Notes: a model not told the origin generated them from the sequence alone. A stretch of DNA of 63,976 bases, filler included, from Dugesia japonica (GCA_001938525.1; 6 parts of 6 records of this genome joined end to end with filler, not necessarily neighbours in it), one strand, 5' to 3'; shown: positions 39,631-53,180, counted from the whole stretch's first letter. Made by a program: numbers and translations.

Positions 39631-42290
39631 ATCTTGAAATTTACCTTGGCATTGATTGGCGGGAAAGTCTTTGTCCTGTAGGACCCACTTCTACCTACTC
39701 ATAAGATGTTAGATTTTGATACATACAAGTGCTCTCATTAAGCCATTAACTGCGCCCAAACGTTGTGCAAATTTGATTATTTTAAAAATTAATGTCTTTT
39801 TTTATCTATTTTATCAGGAATAAGGTTTGGTGATTGAGTATGATTATGATATTCGTACTCAGAGTAAAATTATCTATCAAACAAATACTTTGATTTTAAA
39901 AGTTGTGAAGAACAATCATTATCGGAAAAATAAAATTATCCGAAAAACGATCCTCAGTAAATTATCAATAGACTGGTGTAAAAATTTCATGTTTTAAACA
40001 CAAAAATTGTTTTTATACAATTTAAAAATTTGATTAATTTAAACAAAAATGGATTTTTCCACCAAAGTGCTTTAAAAAATTTAAATTCTCGAGTGAATAC
40101 GTTTTAGTTGACATAGTTATGATGTAATATCAATTAATACACAATCTCGGGTAATGTCGTTATTACGCAATGAGTATGCAACACACACACACATATATAT
40201 ATCATGACGGATTTATATATTAATTACATAAAAACTGCTAATTAAAACCCATAATCTCAACGAGGAAGTGTTCCCTTGTATCATTATCCATCTACTAACA
40301 AGAATGATTTGACTCAGAACCTCTCAAACTGAACAGTTCTTGAGACTAACGAAGCTGGTTGCATGGGATCGTGGGGATTAGATAATAAGACTGTATTCAA
40401 ATAAGCAAGTTTGAAGGTTAAAATGATCAGAAAATTTGTACTTACTAGTGTTAGAAAGTGCAATGTTTGGTCTGTCAAAAACTGGCGATTACATATTGGA
40501 CTTACTGTCTCTTATATTGATACTAGAGTTGATTGTCATTGAGAGTAGGGCTGATATGAAAGAGCTAACTTATGGTTTCTAATTTCTGCAGCCATCCCCT
40601 TGCGCATGTTCTTCTAAATATTTTCTCTCTTTGTTCTTTTCTTAGATAATTAGAATAATTATAATATACTCTAAAGTAGGTAGTTAGTAGAACACAAGAC
40701 CTACTTCCATCGACAAGAAATATTTTCCGGCCGATATTTATCAATATTATAATTCATATTGCAAGATACATGTGCTACTTCAATATCATAAGAAGATGAA
40801 TTCATATCCCAAGATTTATTAGTAATACAAAATTGAATTCTTATTATTTAATTTTACAATTAAAACTATTGCGCGAATAATTATTGGACTTAATCATTGA
40901 TCGTATATTTGACATAAAATTAAATTAAAAGCTTCAATCAAAATAGTGTTTCATTTTTTTTATAAATATTGCATTTTAGTTCCTGATAGTATTTCGAATT
41001 TTCGACTTTTTCCTCTACTCACAATTTAATTTCATAACTGAATGCAAAAACCTCAAACATGGATAGATATTATAATTTAATGTAATAATTAACAGAAATT
41101 ATAAACAACTATAATATTAAATCAGTATAAGAATAACGAATAAATAACATACTGAAATTGACAATGTAACAATCTTAGAACTACAATAAATTACTTATTT
41201 AAAATTATAAAGTTCCACTAATTAAATTGACAATTCAAAATTTATTAAAACAATAAATACAATTTAACAGTCTTACTGATTAATTTCAACAGTCCAGAAA
41301 AATTCTGAATATTTAAAAACCTATTTATTCTTATTTAAAAATTGTTTCATCTAATTAGAAATTAAAAAAAGTTATTGCTTACTATTTAAACATACACTCA
41401 GACATATATTACATCAAATAAAATTTATAGTCCAAAATTATTATTGTTTTGATAAGAAAAACAAATATAGACAATTTTAATAAAATTTATTAGTAATAGC
41501 TTACATGCTGAGATTAGCAGTATGTTTATTTCGTCTCTAATAGAAAATCTCAACATTTTTAATCATTAATTAATATTTTTAAATTAATATTTTTTTAATA
41601 ATATTATAACTTAATTATTATATATTATATTAATATTAATGTTAATAGTATTATTATATTATTAATGTTAATATAACATACTTTTTATTATTCAAATAAT
41701 AATTATAATAATCACAGTATTTTAACAGATATTTACAGTCTTCATGATCATTCATAAATTCATCATCATGCTTGTTTACAGCTAATTAAATGAACTGAAC
41801 TATTTAACAACTATTAATACATTGATAAAGCAGTTTCATTTGCTAATTGGAAATGACTATCAAATATAACTTGAAAAATAAATTCCAAAACACTAGATTA
41901 TATTATTAATAAATAAATATTATTTACCTTGACAAACCCAATTATAACCTCAAAATCAGGACATCTCATTCAACTTATTCAAAAAAATAAAAAACNATTT
42001 TTTATTATTATTGTTAATATTATTATTATTACTATTATTATTGTTGTTAATATTATTATTATTATGATTATTATTATTGTTATACTTGAAAAACGAATTA
42101 AGCATAAAATATATATTCTAAACAAAATGGCACTGTAACAAATATATAGCTATTTAGGAAACAGTTATGCAATAATGTCTAAAATCACACACACACACAT
42201 TCAAGCAGTCAATTACGTATTCACCTATTATCACACATATCAATAAAGGTCAATATGAAAATATTATATTACTTTTAGTCATATCTCACA

Positions 42291-42343
<53 letters not shown>

Positions 42344-42444
42344 NNNNNNNNNNNNNNNNNNNNNNNNNNNNNNNNNNNNNNNNNNNNTTAATTAATTAAN
42401 NNNNNNNNNNNNNNNNNNNNNNNNNNNNNNNNNNNNNNNNNNNT

Positions 42445-42710
42445 TGTGTTCTTGTAAAATTAAGCATTGTACTGATTTTAATGTAGAATCTAATTGTTCT
42501 AATGAAGATGTGAGTGATCTAAAAGAATCTAGAAATCTTATATATTCCCACCTGATGCGAAATATATTCTTCATCAGTTTTTGCTAATGGTTTTATATCT
42601 AATTTTTGAACTTTATTATTTTTAAAAAGTTCCAAGAAAATTGAATACTTGGCATATTTGCTATTATTGGGAAAATATACTGGTACAAACATATTTTTTA
42701 TATACATATA
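42445..42710 (-). pseudogene. Second Polinton pPolB fragment (exonuclease domain)
   Basis: VPVYFPNNSKY, IKPLAKTDEEYIS, IRFLDSFRSLTSSLEQL. Confidence 0.75.
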
Positions 42711-42957
42711 AATAGTACATGTTTATTGATTTACATAAGTAGAATAAGATAATATTTACTTGAATAATTGTGTTTGTCTATTTTATAATTGCTGATGAAT
42801 CCGAAACATGAAAGAAATGTAATTGTATTNTCACTNAGTTTTAGAGCAAATAATAAATTTTATTTATTCGCAAATATTACCGGAACTGTATTAGCTGAAT
42901 TAGAAACGAATACAATATTGAAATCTCATAAAATTATGTATTATTTTAACATTTTAG

Positions 42958-44642
42958 AATAATCCACTTCTGTATGAGGAATTCAAAAATCAAAAAAATG
43001 GATTCTCTATGAAGCCATCAATTGATTTGAAAATTGGTCGGCAATTATTCAAAGATAAATTAAGAGTCAATTTCAGAATGTCTCGATGTTTTGATAGAGA
43101 TAACCGAATGCGTCTCGCAGTTAAATGCCTCACCAAAGGTGAATTAAAAAATCATTTAACTGAATTCTTTAAAAGTCCAAATTTGGATTTATTGAAAAGA
43201 AAATATGTTCATAGAAATTTTGGTAATATTCAGAATGTAATAGATAAGATATCGAAATCGCCTTCCTCGAATAAATTGAGCATAAATGAAATTATAAATT
43301 TAAAAAATTCTAGGTAAAATTTGTATTGATTATTCTAAATTGGAATTTCATGTCAAATTTAGAGCAGTAAATATCAGTTCTGAGAAACCGGTCAGTTCGG
43401 ACCACATACGACCGGTCACTGGTAATGATATTCGTTTTTAATAGTGTTGTATTGCATTTTTTTACAATAAATATTGTTGTTACTATATGTTTTAAATTTT
43501 TTTTAATGTGATTAATTTTTGAACTTTGGTTGTGACTGTCGTATAATAATAATAAATAATAATAATAATAATAGATTTATAATGTGGTGCAGTGTTTTTA
43601 GGGATTTGAATGGTGTTTGTTCTTTACAAGCTTTGCAATGCTAATTTTTAGAAATTTTTTTTTACAAAATTTAGCTGTAAATATTTTTATAATTTACTTT
43701 TCAAATATTCGCTTACTTGAAAATATTCCAATTTTTTCTTTGTATAGTCCAACATTTTTTGTTTTTNATGAAATATTGGATATTATTAATTTAATTAAAT
43801 TTCATAATTTAAATTGTGATTCTTTTTATATTATCTTTGGAAATTTTATGTCATTAAAACTAATATTTACAATTCATTTTAAATATATTGATATTAAAAA
43901 ATATGATCAATATATTTTAAAAAGCAATACAATTTAATGAAGGTTATGTAATATTAAATTTTTCTTAAAATTTTAAGCATGAATACATTTCAAAGAGAAT
44001 ATGCAATTTAAAAATTTTTTTGGCAGCCTGGTCCTTGAAAATTTTATTTTTTAAGTTAGTTTATCTTTTAACTGTTAAATAATATTTGTCGAATGTGTTT
44101 AAAGTCAATTGTTGTATATGTGATAATATTTTAATGAAATGTTCTTCTATGGAATTTATTTAATCCACGAAATGGTTTTATTTTCCAGTAATCAGTTTCA
44201 ATTTAAAAATAATATACACATTGAATAACTACTTTTCAACTTTTTTACGAATTTTCTAAATATGTTAAATCAATTCTTTTTTATTATTAGTTTCTGGATA
44301 TTAGCGAAATATAAATTGAAAAATTTGCAAGTTTTTTAGATATAGAAAGATGACAGAAAGAATCAAATTCATTCTTTCTGATGGTTTACATTTTAGTTTA
44401 TATTATTCAGAAACTGACAAGCGATTGTACGTTAATACTGGACTGTCTATACCAAAAAGAAATACAATATCTAATGAAGCCTTATGTTTGGTTCCTACTT
44501 TTCAAGTTTCTAAAGAAATTAGGTTGGCAATATTAATGAGAATACTTGAGTTCTATTGAAATATTGATTTAGGAATCTCAGATTAAAATTTGGAGCAAAA
44601 TTTCTGAAGAAATTGAGTCGAAAGCCCTTTCATCAGAGTTAA
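42958..44642 (+). CDS. Candidate exons of an unidentified host gene (42958-43313, 43363-43421, 44340-44522, 44573-44642 stop)
   Basis: Open frames bounded by AG/GT with 49- and 50-nt introns in matching phase; stop followed by AATAAA at ~44682. Linkage between 43421 and 44340 is unresolved; no recognisable domain. Confidence 0.45.
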
Positions 44643-46209
44643 TGATAAATGTGCTCTTTACACTTTTTACCGTTTTATATAAATAAAATAAATAATATTT
44701 TGACATTGATATTTACAAATAAATTCTCAAGTATTTAGATGTCAAGTTTGAATTTTTTTAATAAGTTGCTGCAATTAAGTTATTTGTGTAAATTATCAGA
44801 AAATATTATTTCTTCACTTTAATAATTAGTTAACTTTTTTTTATAAATTTACTCTTGATTCTTAGATAATTCAAAAAGTATTACTTATAAAATTAGAAAT
44901 TACCTTGATATTAAATAAATACTTTAAATTGTATTGTTTTACTGAAAATATAAAATCACCAATAGTAAAATGTCTGTAAAATGTTTGTAGATTGTTTCAA
45001 TTTTTAACTGGGAATTACATTCAAAATAATATCTTATCAGTTTTTATATCTGTAATTTTGAGATATATTTTGAATTCAAAGTTTTTTTTAATAATTATAA
45101 AGAAAATTAAGAATTTGTTAAAGACGATTTTAATACTGGGTAACTTTATTCATTTTGGGATTGATCCTATTTATCAATGTCAAGTGACAAAAAATTGAAA
45201 AAGAAAATCTTTTGATGAATTCATAATAGATATCATATGGTCATAAAATGATGAGATACTAATTTGATCACCAAATTAATGTTTTTCATCATGTTTCGTA
45301 GATCGTACCGAATGCCGTAATATTTCGCCCTAATGTCAAAATACAATTCTTCAAGTTTCAGTAAGCTGGTAAATACATTTTTAATATGCTTATTGAATAA
45401 ATTTACTTATAAATCCTGATCTGTAAAATTTCGCATTTCCTATATTGCATATTTAAGTGAAAATACTTTTATCAAAAGTGTATTGCAGAAAATTAAAGAG
45501 ACCACTGATAACTATATTCCAATTACTTATTTAATGACCCATTCCTTCACAACTTACACGAACTAATTGTACGACATTTATGGTTTTTCGTTTTATGCAA
45601 GTAGAAAAAGTAATTTGTGATTATCAGCATTTACCATTTCTTTAGCGTAAACTTGTCAAGTACTTATAATTTTTAGTGGTACAGCGAAATCTGCAGTGTG
45701 TTTTTGCCTCTTCAAATANNNNNNNNNNNNNNNNNNNNNNNNNNNNNNNNNNNNNNNNNNNNNNNNNCGTTTCTTTTCCCGAAAGTCGTTTTTTGCAAGA
45801 TGTTGTTTCTCGAGTATAAGAGTCTCGTACTAAAATTTTCGAGAAATTTTTAAAAGTCTATAAAATAAAAGTGGTGATTAAAAATCATCCAAAAGAAAAA
45901 TATTCTGAAGTATAGAAAATATGATTGAGCCGACAAGTGTGCCAGCGTTTAGAGCTTTAAATATAATAGAAGTAAATTTAAAAGAAAATCCTGTGATGAT
46001 GCGAAATATGAAGTCTCCACTAGTAACTAAATAGAGTTCTTCCTAAGAATCAAGGACTCTTAACCACGTTGAGCTTGACCAGTTATTNNNNNNNNNNNNN
46101 NNNNNNNNNNNNNNNNNNNNNNNNNNNNNNNNNNNNNNNNNNNNNNNNNNNNNNNNNNNNNNNNNNNNNNNNNNNNNNNNNNNNNNNNNNTAAAAATAAG
46201 AATAAAATA

Positions 46210-47260
46210 TAATATACTTTTATTGTTTGAAAAATAAAATTTTCTGAAACGAGTATCAATTGCTCTATCATTTAAGTGAATACATTTTGTGGTAATTAAA
46301 ATAACTGCAGCAGAAAAGTTTTTTTCTTTTGAGTTCATGCCAGTCTAAACACGAGGCCAGTTGGCCGCCTTGAACATTTTCCGTCCGACGAGATAAAATA
46401 AATTGGAATTAGCGGAAAAATCATAAAATCTTTAGGTAAAAATTTATTGAATTTATTTTTGAAACTTTTAATAGTTAAAGTAAATTACTAGTGTTATATA
46501 TTTCTTTACAATATGCGTTTAATATCATTATTATTATATTATCTATGTTTACATGTAAGAATAATAGTAAAGACAATAATAATAACTCATTATGTTACAA
46601 TTTTTTACTAAAAAATGTCTATAGTGGTTCTAAATCTAATATGGGGTTATAATTTTATATGCGGCTTGTGGATTTATGACGCATTTCCAAAGTGGCCCTT
46701 AAAATCATTTGGATTGGTCTAATACAATGTAACCAGTGTTTAATATTTTTAATTTTGGAGAAAGTTGTTCATTTGTTTCATGCAAATTAATTTCTTTTGA
46801 CAATAAATTTACAATTCTTTTAATTTCAGGTGTTGCCGAATATAAAATCTTGTAATTCTTTAAATGTTTTATTACTTTTATCAAATATTACAACAGAACT
46901 ATAAATACTGTTGCTACCGTTGAGAACAATCTGTTTCTCATAATTTTATGCTATTTCTTATAAATTCAGATTTTTTTGTATTGGAATATTGTCAAACGCT
47001 GCTAATTTTGAAATAATTTCTCTCAAACTTTCGTTATATTTTTTTAAAAATTATCAGTATTTTGATTACCATTTGCGCTTGTCGAGGTATTCCTTCTCCT
47101 GCATTTTAGACTTCAATTTTTAGATGGACCAAAATTTTTATTCCATGTTTTCATGTTAAATTCAGACCTAAACCAGTTGCGGTTGACCATTTACACGCAA
47201 TCTGACTTTGAAAGTATTTACATATATCAACATTTTCTGTCTATAATTCTTATAAATTCA
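46210..47260 (-). mobile_element. hAT transposase remnants (BED-like N-terminus, dimerisation C-terminus)
   Basis: EKNFSAAVILITTKCIHLNDRAIDT resembles the hAT C-terminus ERAFSAAG..TK.R..L.D..ID; STATGLGLNLT*KHGI and KLAAFDNIP lie upstream. Confidence 0.5.
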
Positions 47261-47678
47261 AGCCATCAGCTCATATAATCTTGTTTAAGTAGATAAATGC
47301 ATGCGCATAACACCAATGCCTTCTCGATGCAAATGGTTTTCCAACCGACTTTTTAAATAATGTTTGAATTCTCAAACTTATCATTATTATTAAATAAAGA
47401 AGATTCATTTAATAAAAATTATAGTATTAATCATTTCAGTATTTTTAAATAAAGAAGTGTTGGGATCGGATATAAATATACACACACAAATATACATACC
47501 TATACAAAGATGTAAATAATAATCATCAATCAATCAATCTAGCCAATTCCCAAATTCACAATCAATCCTCAATGAAGCATTGTACAAATCTCCAAAGCAG
47601 ACATTTTAATATGATTAATTGACCTGACAATTGAATTTTAGTCATTATTTATTGATCAATTTATTAATTTTATATTTT

Positions 47679-49351
47679 TGTTGGGGTTTTATCTAGGTTG
47701 GCTGATTTTTTAAATTAAGTCTAGTCTAGGAGATTCAAATTTTATTTATGTCTGGTCTAGCCTAGTGAAACCCCGCGAAGAATTTAATCTGGTGTCCCCA
47801 AAAATCCAGATCTGTGGAGTAGAGCCGTTGACTCGTAACTAGTAGTTCAAGTGCGTGCTCGCATTCCTTTGGTTAGGGTTCATATTTCATGATACTTGCT
47901 TGATTTGTAAGACATATTTAACTCTTACTAGTTATTCTCTTATTAGTTCATACTTCATTAGTTTCCAATTTGTGTATCGTTTATTAGTATTTATTTTATT
48001 ATCTAGTTCAATCTTAATTAATTACAATTTTTACTGGTTTGTTGTTACTAACAGGAGGAATTAATCAATAGTTATCATGTTTGGAAAAAATTCTTAATCA
48101 CTATTAACCCTTAATAATTTAATTACGAAACAAATACTTCCTAGAATTTTAAAAGTTATGCAGCTAATTAATAATTCAAAACTGGTTAATGAAATATATA
48201 TATTGCTAAGATAGGATACAGCAAAAATTTAAAATTACATAAATAATCAGAACTTACATGAGCCGTGAATCGATCCGAAGCAAGCACGGGTTAAATTGAA
48301 TTATCGCGATCACCAATTATAATGACGTGGCGTATTCCACTTCATCATTAACTCAGGGTCTTCTTACGCCTAACAAAGATTATCATTCCGGGTCATAGAT
48401 CTTCCATGATTTTCGAAGTCGGAAACCATTGCAAAACATTAATTTTAAAACCAGTAATTACCTTTGAGATAAATTTTGATCCAAAATTTGATTGTGTGAA
48501 AATTTGATTGAATTTCTTCTGAAATTGAAACGGTATTTATACTAATTTTTTCTTACATCCCGTTCTTTCTACTGGTTACGGGGCGTCGTACGATTCTTCT
48601 AACGTTCTTATTGGCTTGATTTTCACACGAGTTCTTTTTTTGGGTTGAATTTTTGGAATTCCAAAATTATTGGAGTTCCATAGGTTAATCTTTAAACGCT
48701 GATGTCTTCTTTCTTAGTCTTGTTATGATTTTTTAACTTGGATTTTCGAAATCTCTGATTTTATCTGGTCTATAATTGTCTCAATTGCTAATTTTAATTC
48801 TATAGGAAACTTTCATTTTCCTAACTTTTGTAGAAAATTTAAATTTCTTTTTTAAAATAAATCATTTTAATTCATATGATTTATTTTATTTAAATAAATA
48901 ATTTATTTTAAAATATTAATTTGATGTTTATTTTTCTTTTCTGGTCTGGAATTAATTTAACTTCATTCTTTTCTTCCTCTAATTAATTCATTTAATTTAT
49001 TTTCTCTTTCTTTGATTATTCATGCAATATGATTTCCTTATTTTCGCCTAATGAACTAATTACTTGGATAACACTTATTATTTTCTTTGTTCTGATAACC
49101 GCTTTTATAACTTCTTTTCTTCATTGGCTTTTTATTTCTGCTCTGTTTCCTGCTGTAATTCTGGATTTTCATAGTTATCTCATATGTTTTAGGTTCCTAA
49201 TTCGGTTTTCTCTTTCATTATTTATTTCTTCAATTAAATTCTGTCTTTCTTGGGTCTGAATTCTTCGTTTTCTTTTCTTATGTCAATCTTTTAAATATCG
49301 AGTTCACTTATCACCATTTTTATTTTCGGTACCAGGTGTTTAACCTCAACA
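47679..49351 (-). mobile_element. TG...CA solo-LTR-like element, short relative of 49380-53639
   Basis: Ends TGTTGGGG / GGTGTTTAACCTCAACA, with TTTT on both flanks (weak TSD). Minus-strand CCAAT (48614-48610), TATAAAT (~48541) and splice donors. Confidence 0.6.
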
Positions 49352-49621
49352 TTTTTATTAATTTTATAATTTGTACATTTGTTGGGGTCCCATCTGAGTT
49401 CAATGCAAAAAAAATATCGCGGCGGGGGAAAACAGCCCTCATAGGAACCCGTTCAAGAATTTAACCTACCGCCCCTAGGGTAGGTATTCAGTTCATGGTG
49501 GTTGACCTCACTCTTAATGGGTGGTGCACGCCCACAAACCTTTATATTTGGGTTCAACTATTTCCCTTACATTACACAAAATTTAAACCAATACTCATTG
49601 GAACATTTATTAATATAACAT

Positions 49622-50004
49622 TTATGGGTCGCTTAGCACACTAGGGTCTAACCATTGATCGGGGTCGTCTATTGTAAAATTGAATGTGGCGACATCGTCG
49701 TCGGCGTTCAAATGAATCCTAGCTGGATTCTTAATCTGTCGGGAAAGGTCAGAGATGTACTGTTTTAGGAAGTCTATTTTTCTCAACAGTAACTTCCTGT
49801 TCTCTGCCTTTAGGGCTTTGGTTTGGATTGCCAAGTCGTTTTGCTTACGGACTAGCAAATCCAATTTTTTTATGAGCTGATTTCTCTGGTCAAGGTGCTT
49901 AAGAAGAGTCTGTTCTGATTTGCGTTTTAAGTGTCGCTCTAATAATACACGGCGCAGGGTACGGTGGCACCTCTTCAAACTAGTAGGAAACACAATTCGA
50001 GTCA
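49622..50004 (-). CDS. Cassette ORF4: basic + coiled-coil (bZIP-like) protein with acidic tail; terminal exon without its own Met
   Basis: Acceptor TTTTTCTTTAG|TG (AG 50006-50005), 127 open codons, AATAAA at 49611-49606. Confidence 0.65.
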
Positions 50005-50124
50005 CTAAAGAAAAAGTATAATTAACTTAGAGAATAATTAATCTACAACTCGGAAAAAATAAGTGACAAAAGAGTTTTACACAATTAAATAATTTATTAA
50101 TTCAAATAATGATGCAATATCAAG

Positions 50125-50483
50125 TTAGGAGCGGCTCGTCTGAGTACTTTTGTCGACCATTAGTGGCTCGAGGGGGATTTTCTCTCGGTGAAGCAAAATA
50201 TCGTTAACCAGTTTATTTTCTCGGTCATGGCTGGACCGGATAATTTCTGAAAAAGATTCCACTTGTTTTTTCCTAGTGCGCTCCTGTAAATGGGAAGCCT
50301 CCGCTTCCCTTTTAAAAAGAACACATTTTCTCTTGTAACGGAGGACTTTACTATTCGCGGTGGCCATTTCCGCCTCCCACCGTCGTTTGGCGAGTCGGTA
50401 GAGGTACCACGTCATTTCGCGGTCCTCGCTAGGGTCTCGGATTTTTTTGGTAGGAGCTGGCTGGCGGTTTAACGAACTATGCA
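50125..50483 (-). CDS. Cassette ORF3: coiled-coil protein ending in DKSTQT; terminal exon
   Basis: Acceptor TTTCTTTGTTTTTCAG|TG (AG 50485-50484), 119 open codons, AATAAA at 50098-50093. Confidence 0.65.
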
Positions 50484-50705
50484 CTGAAAAACAAAGAAAA
50501 TAGTTATCAAAATTGGAATTTATATCGTGATGGTTCAAAATGACATAGTGGTTACGAATCCAATTACTACACTCTAACTTAGCTAAATCGACCTGTAACT
50601 TATAGAACCAATCTGAAATCAAAACACACAAAAATCTATTACGAATTACAACACACCTAACACGTAATTTAGTTAAGCCAATTTTATTATAGATCACCCT
50701 ATACG

Positions 50706-51062
50706 TCACAGGGGAGGAACTGATAAATCCGGCACTGTTGCAGTGTTCTCGGAGTCTTCACTGCCCGTGGGCTCTCTTATCCCCCAAAGCAGGTTATTAA
50801 TGAAAGCCTGTACTGCGGGAGCTGGAGTTGATGTGAAAGGCTGGTAACGGAAAGGAGTTACCAAGTTACGATCCTGGCCTGACCACGACTGGTATTGCTG
50901 TCGCTCACCAAAGTCCCTGATGCGCTCTACGATCGATTCAATAGGAGGTAAATTTGACCGATCCACTAGGATCCCGGCATCACGTTCGTGGGGGTTGTAG
51001 TGCCTACGGAAGACGATTCGACGACTCCTCCGGTCTATGACTCTCTCCCAGATAGATTCCAT
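50706..51062 (-). CDS. Cassette ORF2: 118-aa orphan, Arg-rich N-terminus
   Basis: Acceptor TTGTTATTATTAG|AT ATG (AG 51066-51065), AATAAA at 50688-50683, GC-rich versus background. Confidence 0.65.
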   Translation of the reverse strand: MESIWERVIDRRSRRIVFRRHYNPHERDAGILVDRSNLPPIESIVERIRDFGERQQYQSWSGQDRNLVTPFRYQPFTSTPAPAVQAFINNLLWGIREPTGSEDSENTATVPDLSVPPL

Positions 51063-51177
51063 ATCTAATAATAACAAGGAAAATATTAACTCACATAACA
51101 CAGTATCAAGTGTAGTAAATAATTTATTTAAATTGTCGATATACAACAAAAGAACTTAGATCAACAAAAAAATGAAA

Positions 51178-51360
51178 TCAATCCTCGTCTAGATCTACTT
51201 TCCCTTTGGACGGAAACATTTCCGCGAGACAACGAAGGTCTGTCTCGTTGGGATGTTCATTTTTTCCTTTCGTCAATAGATGGGCGACGAGTTGTTTTAA
51301 TCGAGTAGATTGGCGTTGTCGTCTTATCCATCGGAGGATATGATTCAACTCGGCTGACAT
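51178..51360 (-). CDS. Cassette ORF1: 60-aa basic orphan
   Basis: Acceptor TTTTTTCTATTCAG|TC ATG (AG 51364-51363), AATAAA at 51128-51123. Confidence 0.6.
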   Translation of the reverse strand: MSAELNHILRWIRRQRQSTRLKQLVAHLLTKGKNEHPNETDLRCLAEMFPSKGKVDLDED

Positions 51361-52979
51361 GACTGAATAGAAAAAATGGAGCTTTAAATCATAAACCGGG
51401 GTTTATTTCTAAATTAGATAAATAACGTTTTACTGGAAATCGTTGATAGGGTGATTCGCTCCAACAATCGTGATATTAATTCATGGAATAAATTCAACTT
51501 AGTCCCCGAGGTCAACTTAAGATGGTAGCCATATTTCTAACATTCGTCATGTTGATAGTAAAATAACACGCTATTTATTTTTCTAACAATGTTAATAGTA
51601 ATTGTAGGANNNNNNNNNNNNNNNNNNNNNNNNTTGACGCTACCCATACTGTAACTGGTAATGATAACATTAGAAGTTGATGATCGATTTACTTCGGGAT
51701 TTACTGATATTTAAAATGATACTATTTCCCAGTACGAATTGTTTTCCCGGAACCCCAAGAGAGGTACTTCTAAAAATAATATCGAAAATTTTTTATAACA
51801 CTGGTAGTGATAATATTAGAATTACTCAAAATAATAATCATTTTATTTATAATAAAATTAAATATTCTCGGGTTTTATGGAGTTTAATTTTCTGCGCGTT
51901 GTGGCTACTTAGGAACCTGCCTGTATGTATCTCACTATGGCGATTTTCATTAAATGATGTGTGTGTGCCAGCTCATTCAGTTGTAGGTGTGTTTAGTTGA
52001 GAGATAGTTGGGACTATCAGCATAAAATCAATATGATGATTCACTATCGATAATAATTATTGCGCCCTTATGTTAACTACTATTCATGGTTCTAGGGTGA
52101 CAGTTTTTTTCCTGATGAATTCATGATAATTAATTTTACACTGGATAGAATTATCAAATCGTTATTAGTGGATTTTAACCAATATCAGCATAAGTCGCTT
52201 CCTCACGGACATTCCTGGAATTACTGACAAGCGGGATTACTCTAGGTAATTTATCATTTTCTAATGAAATAAATATTTGGAATTCTCGTGGTTTTATCTT
52301 TAGTTCTAATAATTGATTTGATTTATATATTAATTTTAAATGTATGATCACAAGCTAAGAAAAACAGCCTGATCTAACTTTCGGTTTAAATGTGAATCTT
52401 CGTATATTACTTAAAAGGAATTGGGTCGGATCACACTATTTTCCAGTAGATAGCTTATTTAATGCAATGAGGGATTAAAAAGGACAAATATCCCTATTTT
52501 TAAATCGTGTATAAGATTACCATCTAAAAACCAATTTTATACTAAATGTTCACTGTTCATCAACTGCGTTAATTATTTTCAGAGATAAAATAATAGTTAA
52601 GATATAAATTTTATTCGCTATTAAAATAGATTATATTCAACCTTTCATAGATTAACATTTAGCATAAAATAATATTTTACTTTTTTAGTCAAATTAAAGG
52701 TTTTCTGCAACGGGTTTCTTTCCTTTGAATAGTTAATACCGAGTTGGCGATTCCGAATCTGAGACTCAGATTTGGAATTTATTATATTTTGTTCCTTATA
52801 TTTTACTCACAAGGTGGATAGACATTTAATTTACTATAATTCTTCGGAATTTCGATTGAGTTGTACGGTTTACACAGAGAATTTTACAGAATTTTCTTCT
52901 TATGAATATGCAACAGTCAGTGCTTAGTTGGAAGTTTTAATTTTTTGTGTTGTTGTTCATTCTGCTAAAACTAAGTGTC

Positions 52980-53180
52980 CTTTTATAGGATTTTCCGATG
53001 CAACTCGGCATCATTCTTATTGGGGGGTATTTTTGTTTNAAAATACTGGTATCTCATTGGCGCTAGCGTTACAATTGCAGAATTTTCACAGAGTTTTAGA
53101 GCTCTGATTGGTAAGTATTTTTAAAGGGCCATATGATGGCTTTTTCTTTGTGTTATTTTTATTTTTAGGCCTCCTATTGG
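52980..53180 (-). promoter_or_regulatory. Pol II promoter of the cassette element: four CCAAT boxes + TATAAAAG
   Basis: Minus-strand CCAAT at 53180, 53111, 53060 and 53023, and TATAAAAG at 52987-52980, all pointing toward the four ORFs. Confidence 0.65.

Noticed and set aside
40260-40610. GC-richer stretch, possibly a non-LTR retroelement relic
   Set aside because: No motif could be identified with confidence.
47810-47860. tRNA-like look (GTAGAGC...CTCGTAA...GTTCAAG)
   Set aside because: Anticodon and acceptor stems do not pair; lies inside the TG...CA element.
50484-50709. N-terminal 75 codons of the 194-aa ORF (and first 29 codons of ORF 50706-51149)
   Set aside because: AT-rich, contain poly(A) signals and pyrimidine tracts; interpreted as UTR/intron upstream of the acceptors.
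51420-52250. Possible decayed plus-strand gene inside the cassette element
   Set aside because: Frames are interrupted by stops and a gap; no recognisable motif.
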